Source of the DNA: Hypanus sabinus
Taxonomy: Eukaryota
Assembly (NCBI RefSeq): GCF_030144855.1
Contig: NC_082728.1
Coordinates: 19,282,001-19,346,000, forward strand
Direction: 5' to 3'
Length of the DNA stretch: 64,000 nt
Part shown: piece after piece, positions 24,680 through 36,710 of the stretch
How positions within the stretch are numbered: position 1 is the stretch's first letter
Layout: every line of letters begins with the position of its first letter
The notes under the pieces: model-generated
Told to the model about the DNA's origin: nothing
Seen by the model: only the letters and a program-made list of their open reading frames with translations
Databases searched by the model: none
Program-made: the position numbers and the translations under genes

Positions 24680-25165
24680 TGAGCTTGCCAATGTCTGAGT
24701 TGACGTGCCAAGATGAGGCCACCCTCAGGGTGGAGGAGCAACACCTTATATTCTGCCTGGGAGCCCTCGAACATGATGGCAGGAATATTGATACCTCTTT
24801 CCGGTAAACAAATTTCTACCCACTCTGGCATTTTATTTCTCACCTGCTTTTTACTCCCCCCACCCGCCGCCAGGTCCCCTCCTCCTTCCTTCTCTCCTAC
24901 GGTCTGCTGTTCTATCTGATTCTTTCTTCCCTAGCTCTTGACCTCTCCCACCCACGTGGTTTCACCTATCACCTTCCAGCTGGCCTCTTTCCTCCCCCCC
25001 CCCCAACTTTTTATTCTGACATGTTCCCCCTACCTTCTCAGTCCTGAAGAAGGCCCAAAACAGCAACAACCTATTTATTTTTGTAGCTGCTGCCTGACCT
25101 GCTGAGTTCCTCCAGCATTTTGCATGTGTCGCCTGGATTTCCAGCATCCGTGGACTTTTTTTGCA
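24680..25165 (+). mobile_element. Penelope-like 3' fragment
   Basis: gatgaggccaccctcagggtggaggagcaacaccttatattc; degenerate hammerhead CAGTC-CTGAAGA at 25039; standard tail. Confidence 0.85.
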
Positions 25166-25392
25166 TTCTTGACAATACAATAGCTGATCTATTAATCCTA
25201 ACATGGTTTTGAAGTCCCTGACAAGTCACTAAAGCTGTTGGTAATTTAAATGTGCCAAGCTGAGTTCTCCATCTGTGCCAGTGATACGGGCACTGGGTAA
25301 GTGTAGGACCAAGCTTAATTTTGACCACTGCTACTGCCACCCACTATTTGTGCTAATTTGCCAAACTCAGCTGACCTCATATATGCATAAGA

Positions 25393-26125
25393 AGTTCAAA
25401 TTGAAGTCATAGTAATTTATAATCTAAGTACGTACAGTATATGTCATCATATGCTACTTTGAGATACATTTATTTGCAGGCATTTACAGGAAAATGAAAA
25501 ATACAACTGAACTTGTGAAAAATTGTACATTAACAAAGATGGGCAAACGACTAATGTGCAAAATAAGATAAATCATGCAGATAAAAAGTCAAGTGAAATC
25601 ATTTTATTTACTTAGTTAGTAATTCAGTATGGAGTAGACCCTCCTGGCCCTTCCCCTGATTGCCCTAGCAACCCCAGATTCAACCCTAGCCTAATCACGG
25701 GACGATTTACAATGATCAATTAACCTACCGATCAGTACATCTTTGGACTGTGGGAGGAAAGCGCAGGACCTGGAGACAACCCACCCATTCCACAGGGAGG
25801 ACATACAGACCATGTTGGAATTGAATTAAGAACTCCGACACCCCCGAGCTGTAATAGTGTCATGCTAACTGCCACGCCACTGTGGCACCCAAACAATACC
25901 GAGAACGTGAGTTGTAGAGTCCTTGAAAGTGAGTCAGTTCAGCGTTGAAGTTAATGAAGTTATCTACTGTGGTTCAGGAGCCTGCTGAAAGGTAATAACT
26001 GTTCCTAAACTTGGTCGTGTGGGACCTAAGGCTCTTGTACCTCCTGTCTGATGGTAGTAGTGAGAAGAGAGCATGGTCTGGGTGGTGGGAGTCCTTGATG
26101 ATGGATACTGCGGTTTTGTAGATAT
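25393..26125 (-). mobile_element. Rex1-type 3' fragment interrupted by a V-SINE
   Basis: Reverse of KTAVSIIKDSHHPDHALFSLLPSDRRYKSL at about 26020-26120; the UTR continues across the SINE. Confidence 0.8.
25600..25890 (-). mobile_element. V-SINE
   Basis: Reverse V domain ctttggactgtgggaggaaa..; reverse head gctaactgccacgccactgtggcaccc. Confidence 0.8.
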
Positions 26126-26364
26126 GGTCAAAGATAGGGAGGACTGGGCTATATTTGCTTTTGTTGTTAACTCCGTAATGGCTCTAAGAATCACAGAATA
26201 AGTTATTGTTTTACAAGAGGTAATGGAAAAAGGTGCTAGTTGACAGGGAAAACATGAAGGTTATGTAACCCAAGTCTGGTGAATGCAACAAAATAAAACA
26301 TTGGATGGAGTCCGATAAAATCCTACTAAAATCACCATAAATACATTTAAGAGACAAAATGAAG

Positions 26365-26786
26365 TTCATTCATTCAGGTGCCTTGCTATTCGGCGTGGGC
26401 GATCATATCTCTCTATCCGTCACGGTCCCTGACCCTCCAAATTGTAGTTGTTGCCTCCACTGTTTCTAACCATGATGTTATTCCATCTCTCATTCTCATT
26501 CCGTCTGCCTCTGCTTCTTTTTCCTTCCAGCTTTCCAGTTGTAACTAAATGTTCCAATGTCTCTCTTCGCACGATGTGTCCAAAGAATTTTGATTGCTGT
26601 TTTCTGATTTTTTTAAAGTAATGTACATTTTGTTCTCATTCTCTGTAGAACTTCTTCGTTGGTTATCCTGTCCGTATATGATATGGATAGCATTCTTCTG
26701 AGGAACCACACCTCTGCTGCATAGATTATTTTTTCCATTACATTTGTGATTGTCCATGACTCACAGCCATCCATCAATATAGGTAC
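26365..26786 (-). mobile_element. RTE-clade LINE 3' end
   Basis: Minus strand reads GCESWTITNVMEKIIYAAEVWFLRRMLSISYTDRITNEEVL..KFFGHIVRRETLEHLVTTGKLEGKRSRGR; (TGAA)n tail. Confidence 0.9.
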
Positions 26787-26871
26787 TGTGGTTTAGAATC
26801 AAATTAAAAAAGAATAGTTATTTAAACACTTTAACTGGGAATTATTGCCTCCAAGGATATCATAAAATCAT

Positions 26872-27145
26872 TAAACATAACAGATTCCGTAGATGCTGCA
26901 AATTCAGAGTAAAACAAGATCTTAGTGATCAGAAACTCTATTTAAAGGTTTTGATACAGCAAATTTCCAAGGAAGTTTCATGGAACATGAGTCAGACTGC
27001 TTTATGCAATAGTCAAACCCTCTGAGCTATATGGTTGTGAATCAAGCCTCACTACACCTCGACCTGAAACATCAGCCTTTTATTCCTCTCCACAGATGCT
27101 GCCTGACCCGCTGAGTCCCTTTGTCCAGCGTTTTGCATATGTTAT
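26872..27145. mobile_element. Two outward-facing Penelope-like tail remnants
   Basis: Reverse tail at 26872-26920; forward gacctgaaacatcagcc..cacagatgctgcctgacccgctgagtcc at 27058-27145. Confidence 0.55.
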
Positions 27146-27419
27146 CGTAAACTCTACTCAAATGAGAAAACGATCCAGTGAGTAAGTGAGCAACAGATTA
27201 GGTTGTAATAATGAAATGCGCATGTGGAAACGACCCTGCTCAAGCACAGAAGAGGCAGAATCCAAATTGAGCTAACCAAGTGCTTGTATCATCAGAGCCT
27301 GTGCAGCCAAGGGATCACATTTCAAGTATAGCTCTGTCATTATGCAGACAAACAAAGCAGGCAATTACTGCTCAGCAATATTGCCTAAACAGAAAGATCC
27401 TTTTGATTGTCACAGTGTC

Positions 27420-27600
27420 CTTGGACGGGGAATGTCGGCTAGAATACCAGGACAATTCCCTGCTCTATTTTGAAAGGTCACTGGGATTATTCTTTGTTAT
27501 TTCCAGGACTCCAGCAGAAGTGTTTTGTTTGAGAGAGGCCAACCAGATAGTGCAGTCTCAGTACAGTATTAATGTATCGACCTTGAGCATGTGCTCCGAG
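27420..27600 (-). mobile_element. Ancient Deu-domain-type SINE relic
   Basis: ccaggacaattccctgctctattttgaaaggtcactgggat..agtgcagtctcagtacag resembles the reverse Deu-SINE body. Confidence 0.5.
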
Positions 27601-27611
27601 GCAGAGAGAGG

Positions 27612-27845
27612 CTTATTTATTTATTGATTGAGTGCGTGAGATATACCACAGAATCGGCCCTTCAAGCCATTCCACCCAGCAATCCCCCGAATTAACCCTT
27701 GCCTAATAATAGGCCAATTTACTATGACTACCAACCGGTAAGTCTTTGGACTGTAGGAGGAAACCACAGCACTCGGAAGAAACCCACGCATTCACGGGTA
27801 GAACGTACAAACTCCTTGCAAGCAGCATTAGGAGTTGATTCACAA
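27612..27845 (-). mobile_element. V-SINE
   Basis: (ttta)n tail and gtctttggactgtaggaggaaaccacagcactcggaagaaacccacgca. Confidence 0.8.
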
Positions 27846-28954
27846 CTGAACAGCTCTGTATTGAGTTAAGCAATCAGACCCATGTACCTGGAAACTTTCT
27901 TAGTATTTAGATGGTCAACACCTTTAAATATTGTTCCTGATCACAGCAGATCTTCTGTTCTGTACGTACTGCATTGCATATTGCCACAAGGAACTCCAGA
28001 AGGGGAAGTTGTGCAAATCATAACGTCATCTTTAAAACAGTACTTTCCCATATATCACTCGGTTCTGATGAGGAGGGAATTTGGAGTGTTTTTCAGAAGG
28101 GTTAAATATTTCCCTGATTGCCTTGTACTGCAAGTTACTGGAATTGATTTGAGGGAAAAGTCCTCTGTGTAACTGTTGCATTGTCAAACGATTGCATTGT
28201 GGCATTCATAGAAATAAATGCAAACCATGTGGAGTACTATTAGCTGATTATATGAAGCTGATCAGAAAGGCTGTGACTCACTTTAATGAAATCCAAGGAA
28301 TTCACAGCCTGTGGGACAAGGCTGAATTGCAGTACTTTTGAAACAACATCACACGTCTTCCACTGGCTTCAAGTCTGCACTGCAGAACGCTTCACCAGGA
28401 CCCCACAAATGGACTCAGTTATTTTAGGCTTCGAGGACTGAGTAATTTTAGGGCATGTGGACAGGGGCAGCTCCAGAATATCGGATTTATTTATTCAAAG
28501 GTAGGGTGGGCACAACAGACACTTTAGAATAGGTTCAGGGAAATGCTGTATTTTTACAATTGGGATCTGTATCCCATGGTTTGCGCATTTCAAACTACGA
28601 TGGAACAATACCTCCTCTATTTTCGTACCAGATGCTCTCATTATTCCTCCTGTTTAAAACCTGTCGCTGCTCTCCCCCCATCTGGTGTTGCCTATTCTCC
28701 CACCTCTTGCAGCGTAGCTGATAGCTTCTGTCACACAATGAGAAGTCTGATTCAGTGCCAGGGTTCAGAGTCTGTATCACCCTCTGACAGGCCAGTCGCC
28801 AAGCTTGGAGACCAAAAAGAAGGAGCATCCTCCCCCACCCAATAACTTCTTTTGGTACTTTTGTCGTAAAGCACAGGTGAAAAAACGCTAGTTCATAACA
28901 TTGAAGACAAGACAATGACTGGATAAATTTGATGGGTTTTTACTTATGAAGCAC

Positions 28955-29425
28955 CAGTTGTGTAATACTGTTTATTTATTAACTTGTGTCGTGAATGCTA
29001 AATGTCAGTATTATGGAATATATTTTATTAATTTATTTGTCATAATATTCAAGATTCAAAAACTTTCAAGATTCAAAAACTTTATTGTCATTCTAACCTT
29101 ACATCTGCTCTGCAGGGCAGAATGAGACAGTGTTTCCCAGGAGCAGAGCAATCATAACAAATGCAACACTAAATAATAAACATCACAATAAATAGTAAAA
29201 CACAACGGCCACACATCAGTTAAAAACAAGTCAAAAGTGTCCAAAGCAGAGTCAGGTAGAGCAGCTATTTAGCAGTCTGACTGCCTGTGGGAGTATTGTG
29301 TATTGCATGTATTGTGTGTGAGGCGTATGCACTGTGTTGTGCACCTTGGTCCGGAGGAACATTGTTTCATTTGGCAATATACGTGAATACGGTTGAATGA
29401 CAATAAGCTTGAACTTCAACTTGAC
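28955..29425 (+). mobile_element. Rex1-type 3' UTR with an oppositely oriented Rex1-type 3' end nested at about 29048-29292
   Basis: Outer copy ends ggtccggaggaacattgtttcattt..aatgacaataagcttgaacttcaacttga; inner copy starts with a duplicated ttcaagattcaaaaact. Confidence 0.7.
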
Positions 29426-29600
29426 TGATATAAAACAGAGTTTGATAAATTAATGATTAGTAAGTGTCCAAGGTTAAGGGGAAAAAACAGGGGTATGGGG
29501 TTGAGAAGGACAATGACTCAGCCATGATGGAATGATGGTGCAGACTTGATGGGCTGAATGGCCTATTCCTGCTCTTGTGTATTATAGTCTTATGGTCTAA
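29425..29600 (+). mobile_element. CR1-type 3' UTR/tail
   Basis: cagccatgatggaatgatggtgcagacttgatgggctgaatggcctattcctgctc..gtcttatggtct. Confidence 0.85.
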
Positions 29601-29659
29601 AAGTGGAAGAGATACAGGGAAGCAAACTGAAAGTTGTTGTGTAGAATGAACATGATCAA

Positions 29660-30055
29660 AATCAAGTTCAGTGACTTGTCATTCGACATGTATAGCACAG
29701 AATGAAACGACGTTCCTCCAGACCAAGGTGCACTAAACAGTAAACACACACATAAAGTAATATTACCACAAATAAATTTACAAATAATAAAGTGCCTATA
29801 TGATACAAGTTAAAAAATAAACAGTATAATGCCTACTGGTGCTTCATACGTGATGAGACCTGGATGATGGCAGGGAGTTCAGTCGCCTCACAGTCTGTGG
29901 GAATAAGCTGTTTACCATCCTAATAGCTATTGTAGTTTCTGCCTGATGTTAGGGGATCAAAGAGATTGTTGGACAGGTAGGAGGGATCATTGACAATGCC
30001 AAGGGCCCTGCATATACAGCATTCCTGATAAATAGCTCCCATAGGTGGAAGAGCC
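29660..30055 (-). mobile_element. Rex1-type 3' fragment
   Basis: ORF 29920-30267 ends IYQECCICRALGIVNDPSYLSNNLFDPLTSGRNY; reverse tail aatgaaacgacgttcctccagacc. Confidence 0.8.
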
Positions 30056-30424
30056 AGCAGTGACTGTCCTTGAACCTGAATGCTCAAGGTCACTACTCCA
30101 GTGTCCAAACACGTAAATAGCATCTCTAAGCAAGTCGAGCTACAGCAGTTATCACTGAATGTGACAGAACACAAAAGAACAAAGTAGGAGGGTGAAATGA
30201 TCAAAAGCTCTGCCAAGAGGATATGTTGAAGTGGAAAGAGAGGGTGAGGAGCAAAACAGAATTCCAAATCCCGCTGGAGGAATGATTATGTTCAGTGAAG
30301 CAATCAAAATCCAGAAAATGGAACTAATCTAAGCAGGAGCTAGAATGCTGAAGGAGATTACAGATCCAGGTCTCAAAGTGTTTGATTTGATGCCAAATCA
30401 CCTCGTGCAGGACAGTTACTCAAA

Positions 30425-30806
30425 CAACTGGGTAGTGGGGTGGGGATATGTCTTTACCAAAGGAAGTGTATGGCGCTTCTTCCCTCCACGAGCCTGCAGG
30501 TCACCCTTAGGCAAGGTGCAGCACCTGGTTAGACACCCCCCCACCCCCCCCGATCAGGGTCACGTGAAGCCATAGGAGCAGATGGTGGGTAATGCATATC
30601 GGAAGTCCTGATTGTGCGATCACTGACGCCAGGCAGACAGTCTCTGAAGAGTATTGATGATGGCTGGGATCACCCGTCTTGTAAAGACACTGCCCAGAAG
30701 AAGGCAATGGCAAACCAAACCACTTCTCCAGAGAAATTTGCCAAGAACAATCATGGATAGACCAGGATCACCTACATCATATAACATGCCACATAATGAT
30801 GATGAC
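30425..30806 (+). mobile_element. Non-autonomous RTE-related retroposon
   Basis: Contains gaagaaggcaatggcaaacc(..)cacttc, similar to the RTE 5' UTR/Bov-A motif GGAGAAGGAAATGGCAACCCACT, and ends in a (tga)n tail; no RT sequence. Confidence 0.6.
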
Positions 30807-31439
30807 TCTGATAACAGGCTTCCAATTGTCCTCAATGTAAAATCAAATCAGGAACGTGGTAAAATTGGAAACCAGCACCAATTCTCTGATTTCCTGCTGA
30901 GGAAAGTTGATTATTGTTACCTGTACTGCCATTGTAGATTTAATGAAACAATTTGAGGACCATAACCAAGCAGTAAGCTGACAATAAAACTACACTTTGG
31001 TTTGTTAACGGTCTCCTTCTGTCCCAGCACCTGACTTTTCAGGGAACCTGTGCTTTGGAGATTTTTAATGCAATGAAAATGGAAGTTCCCAGGTTGGACC
31101 AAACTAACTTTTCATGCTCCAGTATGAAACCTGACGCTATACTTAAAAGCTATGAAGATTTTTTTTTGTTCATAAATTTATAGTTAAAGAAGGAACATAT
31201 CTGTATGTGGATCCAAACATTGACGGGTTGCTGATGTTGAGTGAAGTACTAAGATACATCTCGGGAAAATGTGGTTAATTTTTGTAGTTTATCTCTCACA
31301 AAACATTAATGGATGAACATGGCATTTACCAGGAACATATTACTCACCTCTTCTCCCTACCTCTTGTGAAAGTTCATACTGAGGTAATGCTGCATGGAGT
31401 TCTGGCAAAGCTAATTTATTCTCTGCTGGTGGCCATTTT

Positions 31440-31800
31440 AGAGTCACACAGTCTTAAGACCTACAGCAAGGAAGCCAGATCTTTGGCCCACTGAGTGCAC
31501 AACAGACATTAATAATCCATTTACACTAATCCTACCCTAATTCCATTTTATTCCCACTGTAACTACACTCAGCTTCTACCACATGCACTGGGGCAATTTG
31601 CAGTGGCCAATTAACCCTCCAATATATATGCCCTTGTGATGTGGGTGGAAACCAGAGCACCCAAATGAATATCTCGCCGTCACAAGGAGAATGTGGAAAA
31701 CCTACAGAAGGTACACCAGAGTTTGGGGATGAATGTGCTTCATCCAGACACGTGAAGCCCGGCAATGGAAATCAGGAGACTCTTTAACTACCGAGCATTA
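31440..31800 (-). mobile_element. V-SINE (older subfamily)
   Basis: gatgtgggtggaaaccagagcacccaaatg..cacaaggagaatgtggaaa. Confidence 0.7.
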
Positions 31801-31921
31801 CGTCTGACATTGTTCTTACATGCCTTTTACACATGGACAGCACACTTTCCACCAGAACAGCACCCAGGTGCAGAAACGTTGAAGGATTTTTTACTGCTCA
31901 GCCTAGTAGGCCAGTTAAAAA

Positions 31922-32180
31922 GAATATTGAACAGTACAGCACGGGAACAGGCCCTTCAGCCCACAATGTCTGTCCTGACCTAAACATATCTGCCTGCACT
32001 TGATTCATATCCCTCCATTCCCTGCATGTTCATGTGCCTGTCTGAACACCTCTTCAACGCCACTCTCATTTGCTTCCTCCCCCACACGTGGCAGCTTGGT
32101 CCAAGCAACTATCAGTTTCTGCATCGAAAACTTGCCCTGTGCATTTCCTTTAAACTTCCCCCCTTTACCTTAAAGCTGTA
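31922..32180 (-). mobile_element. CR1-type 3' end
   Basis: aacagtacagcacgggaacaggcccttcagcccac reverse tail. Confidence 0.8.
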
Positions 32181-32232
32181 TCAAGCCACAACACTACTAT
32201 CAAATCTACTGAAGCATAAGTCTCCGTTGAAC

Positions 32233-32575
32233 CTCAAAGTTCAAAGTACATTTATTATCAATGTACACATACAAACTTGAGATTTGTCTCCTTACAGGCA
32301 GCCACAAAACAAAGGAACTGCAAAAGACCCCATTAAAATAAGACCATCAAACACCCAGAGAGAAAACAAAATTGTGCAAACAGTAAGTAAGCAAATAGCA
32401 TTCCGTTTTATGAAAGACTTGAAGCCAGGTATCTCTGCAGCTGGAGCAGGCCACTGCCTCAGTTTGTCGCAGAGCTGAGTAAATGTTGCGGACTACAGAC
32501 CCAAAGCCAGGCGTCGCTACAGCGGAAGCAGGCCACAGCGCAAAGCTGAGTAAACTTCGCGGAGTAGCTAGCAGA
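32233..32575 (-). mobile_element. Non-coding element with Rex1-type tail
   Basis: tcaaagttcaaagtacatttattatcaa..atttgtctccttacaggcagccacaaaacaaag, shared with 39165-39720; internal duplicated gcaggccac..gagctgagtaaa. Confidence 0.55.
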
Positions 32576-33897
32576 AGTCATTTCAATTTTTAAGAGTATT
32601 GCTTATTTCTTTTATGGATATTGCATTGACATGGAGAGACTAATCAGGGAATGAGATAAGACAGTTCACAATATCAATTATTTTTCAGGGAGCTATTGAA
32701 ACTAATTCAGCATGGCTATGCAAGTTTTGATATTAAGCTGCAAAATATTTGTTCTGTAGCTGAGAACAACCTTTAACTTATCTAAGTGAATGCAGCAAGT
32801 GAAAAATATAATTAACTGCTGCAAGAACACAGAAACCTTTTTGAAGGAATATTAAAACTATTTTACTTGGAGTATTTTCAAAACATTGTCAGGATAAAAA
32901 TGAATACAAATTATTTTGAACGTCCACATGCCCTTTTTAATATCAGCAAAAAAATTACATCTGAAGCAACATCTATAGCTTTTGGACTGAGTAATTCCCA
33001 CAAGTGCTGAGATGGTCCTTCTGAAGTACTACACAGATGGCAAAACAAGCACATAGTTTTCTTAACCACTACAGAAATATCTCAAAACATTATTCAACTG
33101 CAGGAAAAGCCATCCATTACAACAAACAGTACTGCTCTGTCTCAGTGTTTTTCTGCGCGGCAGCAGCACAAAGAAGCCATTTCTGCCCCTGACCACAACA
33201 AATTAACGTGTGGGGGCAGGCATGTGAATGGTCTCTCTGAAGAACTAAATACAGGCCCCTAGAGCCCCACCAACAACACAGAAACTCTGACCTTTCACCT
33301 GTGCTCGGCAGTAACAACAAGGATTAACTGTGAGAACCACAGGAGCTAGTCTAAGATCTCACAGCTCCAACATCTCACAGACAAGATCTTAAGGCCTTTT
33401 TAGATGATTTAATTGGTCTGCTTTTAACCCATCAAGAACTGAACTGCCTTTGAATAGCTCAAGAATTGCACTTCTATTCAGCTTGCACCTTTGACAAAAT
33501 AAATTTCAAAGTGCCGTCAATCCTTTATGTGGAAAGGTGAATTAAACTAGAGGAATATAATTTCATGATCACGATAATGATATTTGGAGAAACGAGGTTA
33601 AACAACCATTAGAATCAGAATCAGGTTTATTACCACTGGCATGGGACGTGAAATCTGTTAACTTAGCAGCAGCAGTTCAAATTTGTATTAATCACCACAT
33701 CCAAACTTGCTGAAATGTTTATGAGAAAGTTTTTGGCTTATTGCCTTAGGTCATTATATTAATTCAGCTGATTAAGTTAAATTTGGTAAATATCACTGAG
33801 GGGAATATCATCAGTTAATGCTTCCATTCGTGCCAATTTGATTTTTCTATATATTTACCTGCTTATGAATATTATAATCAATCTTGTTTTCTTTTTA

Positions 33898-34390
33898 ACT
33901 TCAAAGTTCAAAGTAAATTTATTATCAAAGTGCATATACGTCACCATATACTACCCTGAGATTAATTTTCTTGCAGGCATTCACAGTAGATCAAAGAAGT
34001 ACAATAGATTCAATGAAAAACTACACCCAAACCCTGACAAGCAATGTGCGAAAGAAGACAAACCGTGCAAACACAAAAGACACAAATAATGATGATAATA
34101 ATAATAATAATCAAGGAGTAAATAAATACTTCTGAAGCATGAATTGTGGAATGTTTGAGTCTGTATGTTGTGTTCAGCGATCAGTTCAGTATTTTGGTGA
34201 GTGAAGATGGTTGAATGGTAGTGATTATTCCTGAATCTGGTGGTGTGGAACCTAAGGCTCCTGTATCTCTTTTCCAATGGCAGCAGTGAGAAGGGAGCAT
34301 GGCCTGGATGGCGGGAGTCCTTGATGATGGATGCTGCTTTCTTGTGGCTGCGCTTCTCGTAGATGTGCTCAGCGGTGAGAAGGACATAAC
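33898..34390 (-). mobile_element. Rex1-type 3' fragment
   Basis: ORF 33981-34406 reads EHIYEKRSHKKAASIIKDSRHPGHAPFSLLPLEKRYRSLRFHTTRFRNNHY. Confidence 0.9.
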
Positions 34391-34499
34391 TGTGGTACAA
34401 TATCATGGTAACATGATTTCAAATAAGATATGGATTGCAGAGTAAGCTTAAACAGTACAGGGATTTTGTGGATTAAAAGTAATGAATAGCTATTGTTCA

Positions 34500-34718
34500 G
34501 TATTCAAGAGGTTGCTGTTTCAAATCCCAGCCTAGAGAGTATAACTCAAAAATCTAGGCAACACCCCATGCTGTAATGAGGGACATGAGCTGTTAAATAT
34601 AATTTTTGATGAGATTTTAAACCATATGCTCATTCAGGTGACAAATGATCTCACAGAATTACTTTGAAGAAGAGCAATGGTGCCCTTCCATGTATCCTGG
34701 CTAATGTTTATTCCCAAG
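34500..34718 (+). mobile_element. Ancient Deu-domain-type SINE relic
   Basis: B-box-like tttcaaatccc and tttgaagaagagcaatggtgcccttccatgtatcctggctaatgtttattccc. Confidence 0.55.
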
Positions 34719-35360
34719 TATGTCAATAGATCACTCAAAGATGCCACACAAGTTGATAGGGTGGATAAGAAGCCATACTGTCTGTTGTCCTTCATCAGTC
34801 GGGAGATTGAGATCAAGAGCTGTGAGGTAATCTTACAGCTCCGTAAGACTAGAATATTGTGTTCAGTTCTGGGTGCCTCATTATAGAAAGGATGTGGAAG
34901 CTCTAGAGAGGGAGCAGAGGAGGTTTCCAGGATACAGACTGCTTTAGAGAGCATATCTTATGAGGAAAGTCTGAGTGAGTTTGGACTTTTCTCTTTAGCG
35001 TGAACGAGGATGAGAGGCGACGAGAGAGATGTACAAAATGATGAGAGGCTTAGACAGAGGGGACAGCCAGTGTCCTAATCCAGATAGGCAATGACTAACA
35101 CAAGAGGGTATAATGTAAGGTGATTGGAGAAAAATATGGCGGGGAGGGGGATGTCAGCGGTAGGCTTTTTACACATGGAGAAGTAAGTGAATGGGATGAA
35201 GCGGATACAATAGGGATATTTGAAAGTCACTTCAATAGGCACATGGAGGAAAGGAAGTTAGAGGGCTATGTGAGAGCAAAGGGTTAGATTGATCTTAGAG
35301 TCAGTTAAAAGCTGATAGGCCTGTACTGTGCTGCCCTGTTCTATGTTTTATGCTATGACA
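34719..35360 (+). mobile_element. CR1-type LINE 3' fragment
   Basis: RSLKDATQVDRVDKKPY..FISREIEIKS; tail ggcctgtactgtgctgccctgttctatgt. Confidence 0.85.
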
Positions 35361-35424
35361 TAGAATATCTAGTCAGTCATGGCATTGATTTTTGCAGCAT
35401 CTTGCTGTATCTAAATTGGTTGTA

Positions 35425-35995
35425 ATAGAGTCATTGAGTCATAGAAAAGTACAGCACAGAAAAAAGCCCTTCAGTCCATCTGCCCATGCTGAATAAGTTA
35501 AACTGCCTAGTTCCGGTGACCTGCCCCAGATCATAGTCCTCCATACCCCTCCCATCTATGTACCTTCCAAACTCCTCTTAAGTGTTGAAATCGAAATTGC
35601 ATCCACTACTTGTGCTGGCTGCTTGTTCCGCACTCATACCACCCTCTGAGTGAAGAGATTTCCCTTCATGTTCCCCTTACACAGTTCAACTTTTAACCCA
35701 TGATCTCTAGTTGTAGTCTCCCCCAACCTCATTGGAAAAAGAAGGCTTTCATTTACTCTATCTATATCCCTCATAACTTTGTATAATTCTATCAAGTCTC
35801 CCCTCAGTCTTCTGCATTCTATGGAATAAAGTTTTAACCTGTTCAATCTTTCCATTTAACTCAGATCCTCCAGTTCTGGCAACATCCTTGTAAATTTCCT
35901 CTGCACTCTTTCAATCTTATTTATATCTTTCCTGTAGGTAGGCGACCAAAACTACAGACAATAATCCAAATTAGGCCACACCAAGTCTCATTCAA
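35425..35995 (-). mobile_element. CR1-type LINE 3' fragment
   Basis: ORF 35634-35855 reads ERLNRLKLYSIECRRLRGDLIELYKVMRDIDRV; (gagtcat)n tail. A short + strand CR1 tail follows at 36000-36088. Confidence 0.9.
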
Positions 35996-36244
35996 CTTGG
36001 GGGGTTATATGGGAGGCAGGGATTGAGGGTTGGCACAATATTGTGGGCCAAAGGGCCTGTAATGTGCTGTACTGTTCTATGTTCTATGAATAGAGCAGTG
36101 AGCTTCAGAAGTCCATCATTCACTTTGGGCTCTTCCAAAAAAGATGTGAAGCAGGTTGGGCAATATTCAGAAACCTGTGAGGAGGAATAATAAGGTCATT
36201 TTGAGGTTCAGAGACTGCAACTAAATGATGTCAGGAAAATAAAT

Positions 36245-36710
36245 GTTTGGGCTTCTGCTATTCACAACATATATCAATGATCTGAACCAAAGGAACCAAT
36301 GTAGTTTCAGCAGGTGAGACAGCAGATGAACATCCCAGATGAAGAGTCTCAACCTAACACATCAAATGCCTGCTCCCCATCACAGATGCTGCCTGACTGG
36401 CTGAACTCCTCTTGAATTTTCAGTTGCTCCAGATTCCAGTATTTGAAGTCCCCTGTGCCTTCATAATAGGTGCAACTTTCTTGATGATGGAAGATCAGGT
36501 GTCAGTAACAAATGTGAGGAGATTGCAGAGGAACTTCAGGGGAAAGTCAACAGCTTAAGTGTTTAATATTGATGACAGTATGCAGTAGGAAATGAAACAT
36601 GATGTGAAAAAATGTGAAGCCTTCCACCTGGTTAGAAAAGTGGATCATTTTCTTAACTGGTGCGAGAGTGGGAAGGATTATTTGGAGGGACCATGTTATC
36701 CTTGTGCATG
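36245..36710 (+). mobile_element. Old CR1 RT core fragment split by a Penelope-like tail (about 36325-36460)
   Basis: LLFTTYINDL at about 36253-36285 and an FxDD-like segment at about 36477; the insert carries cagatgaagagtctc..cacagatgctgcctgactggctgaactcc. Confidence 0.6.
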
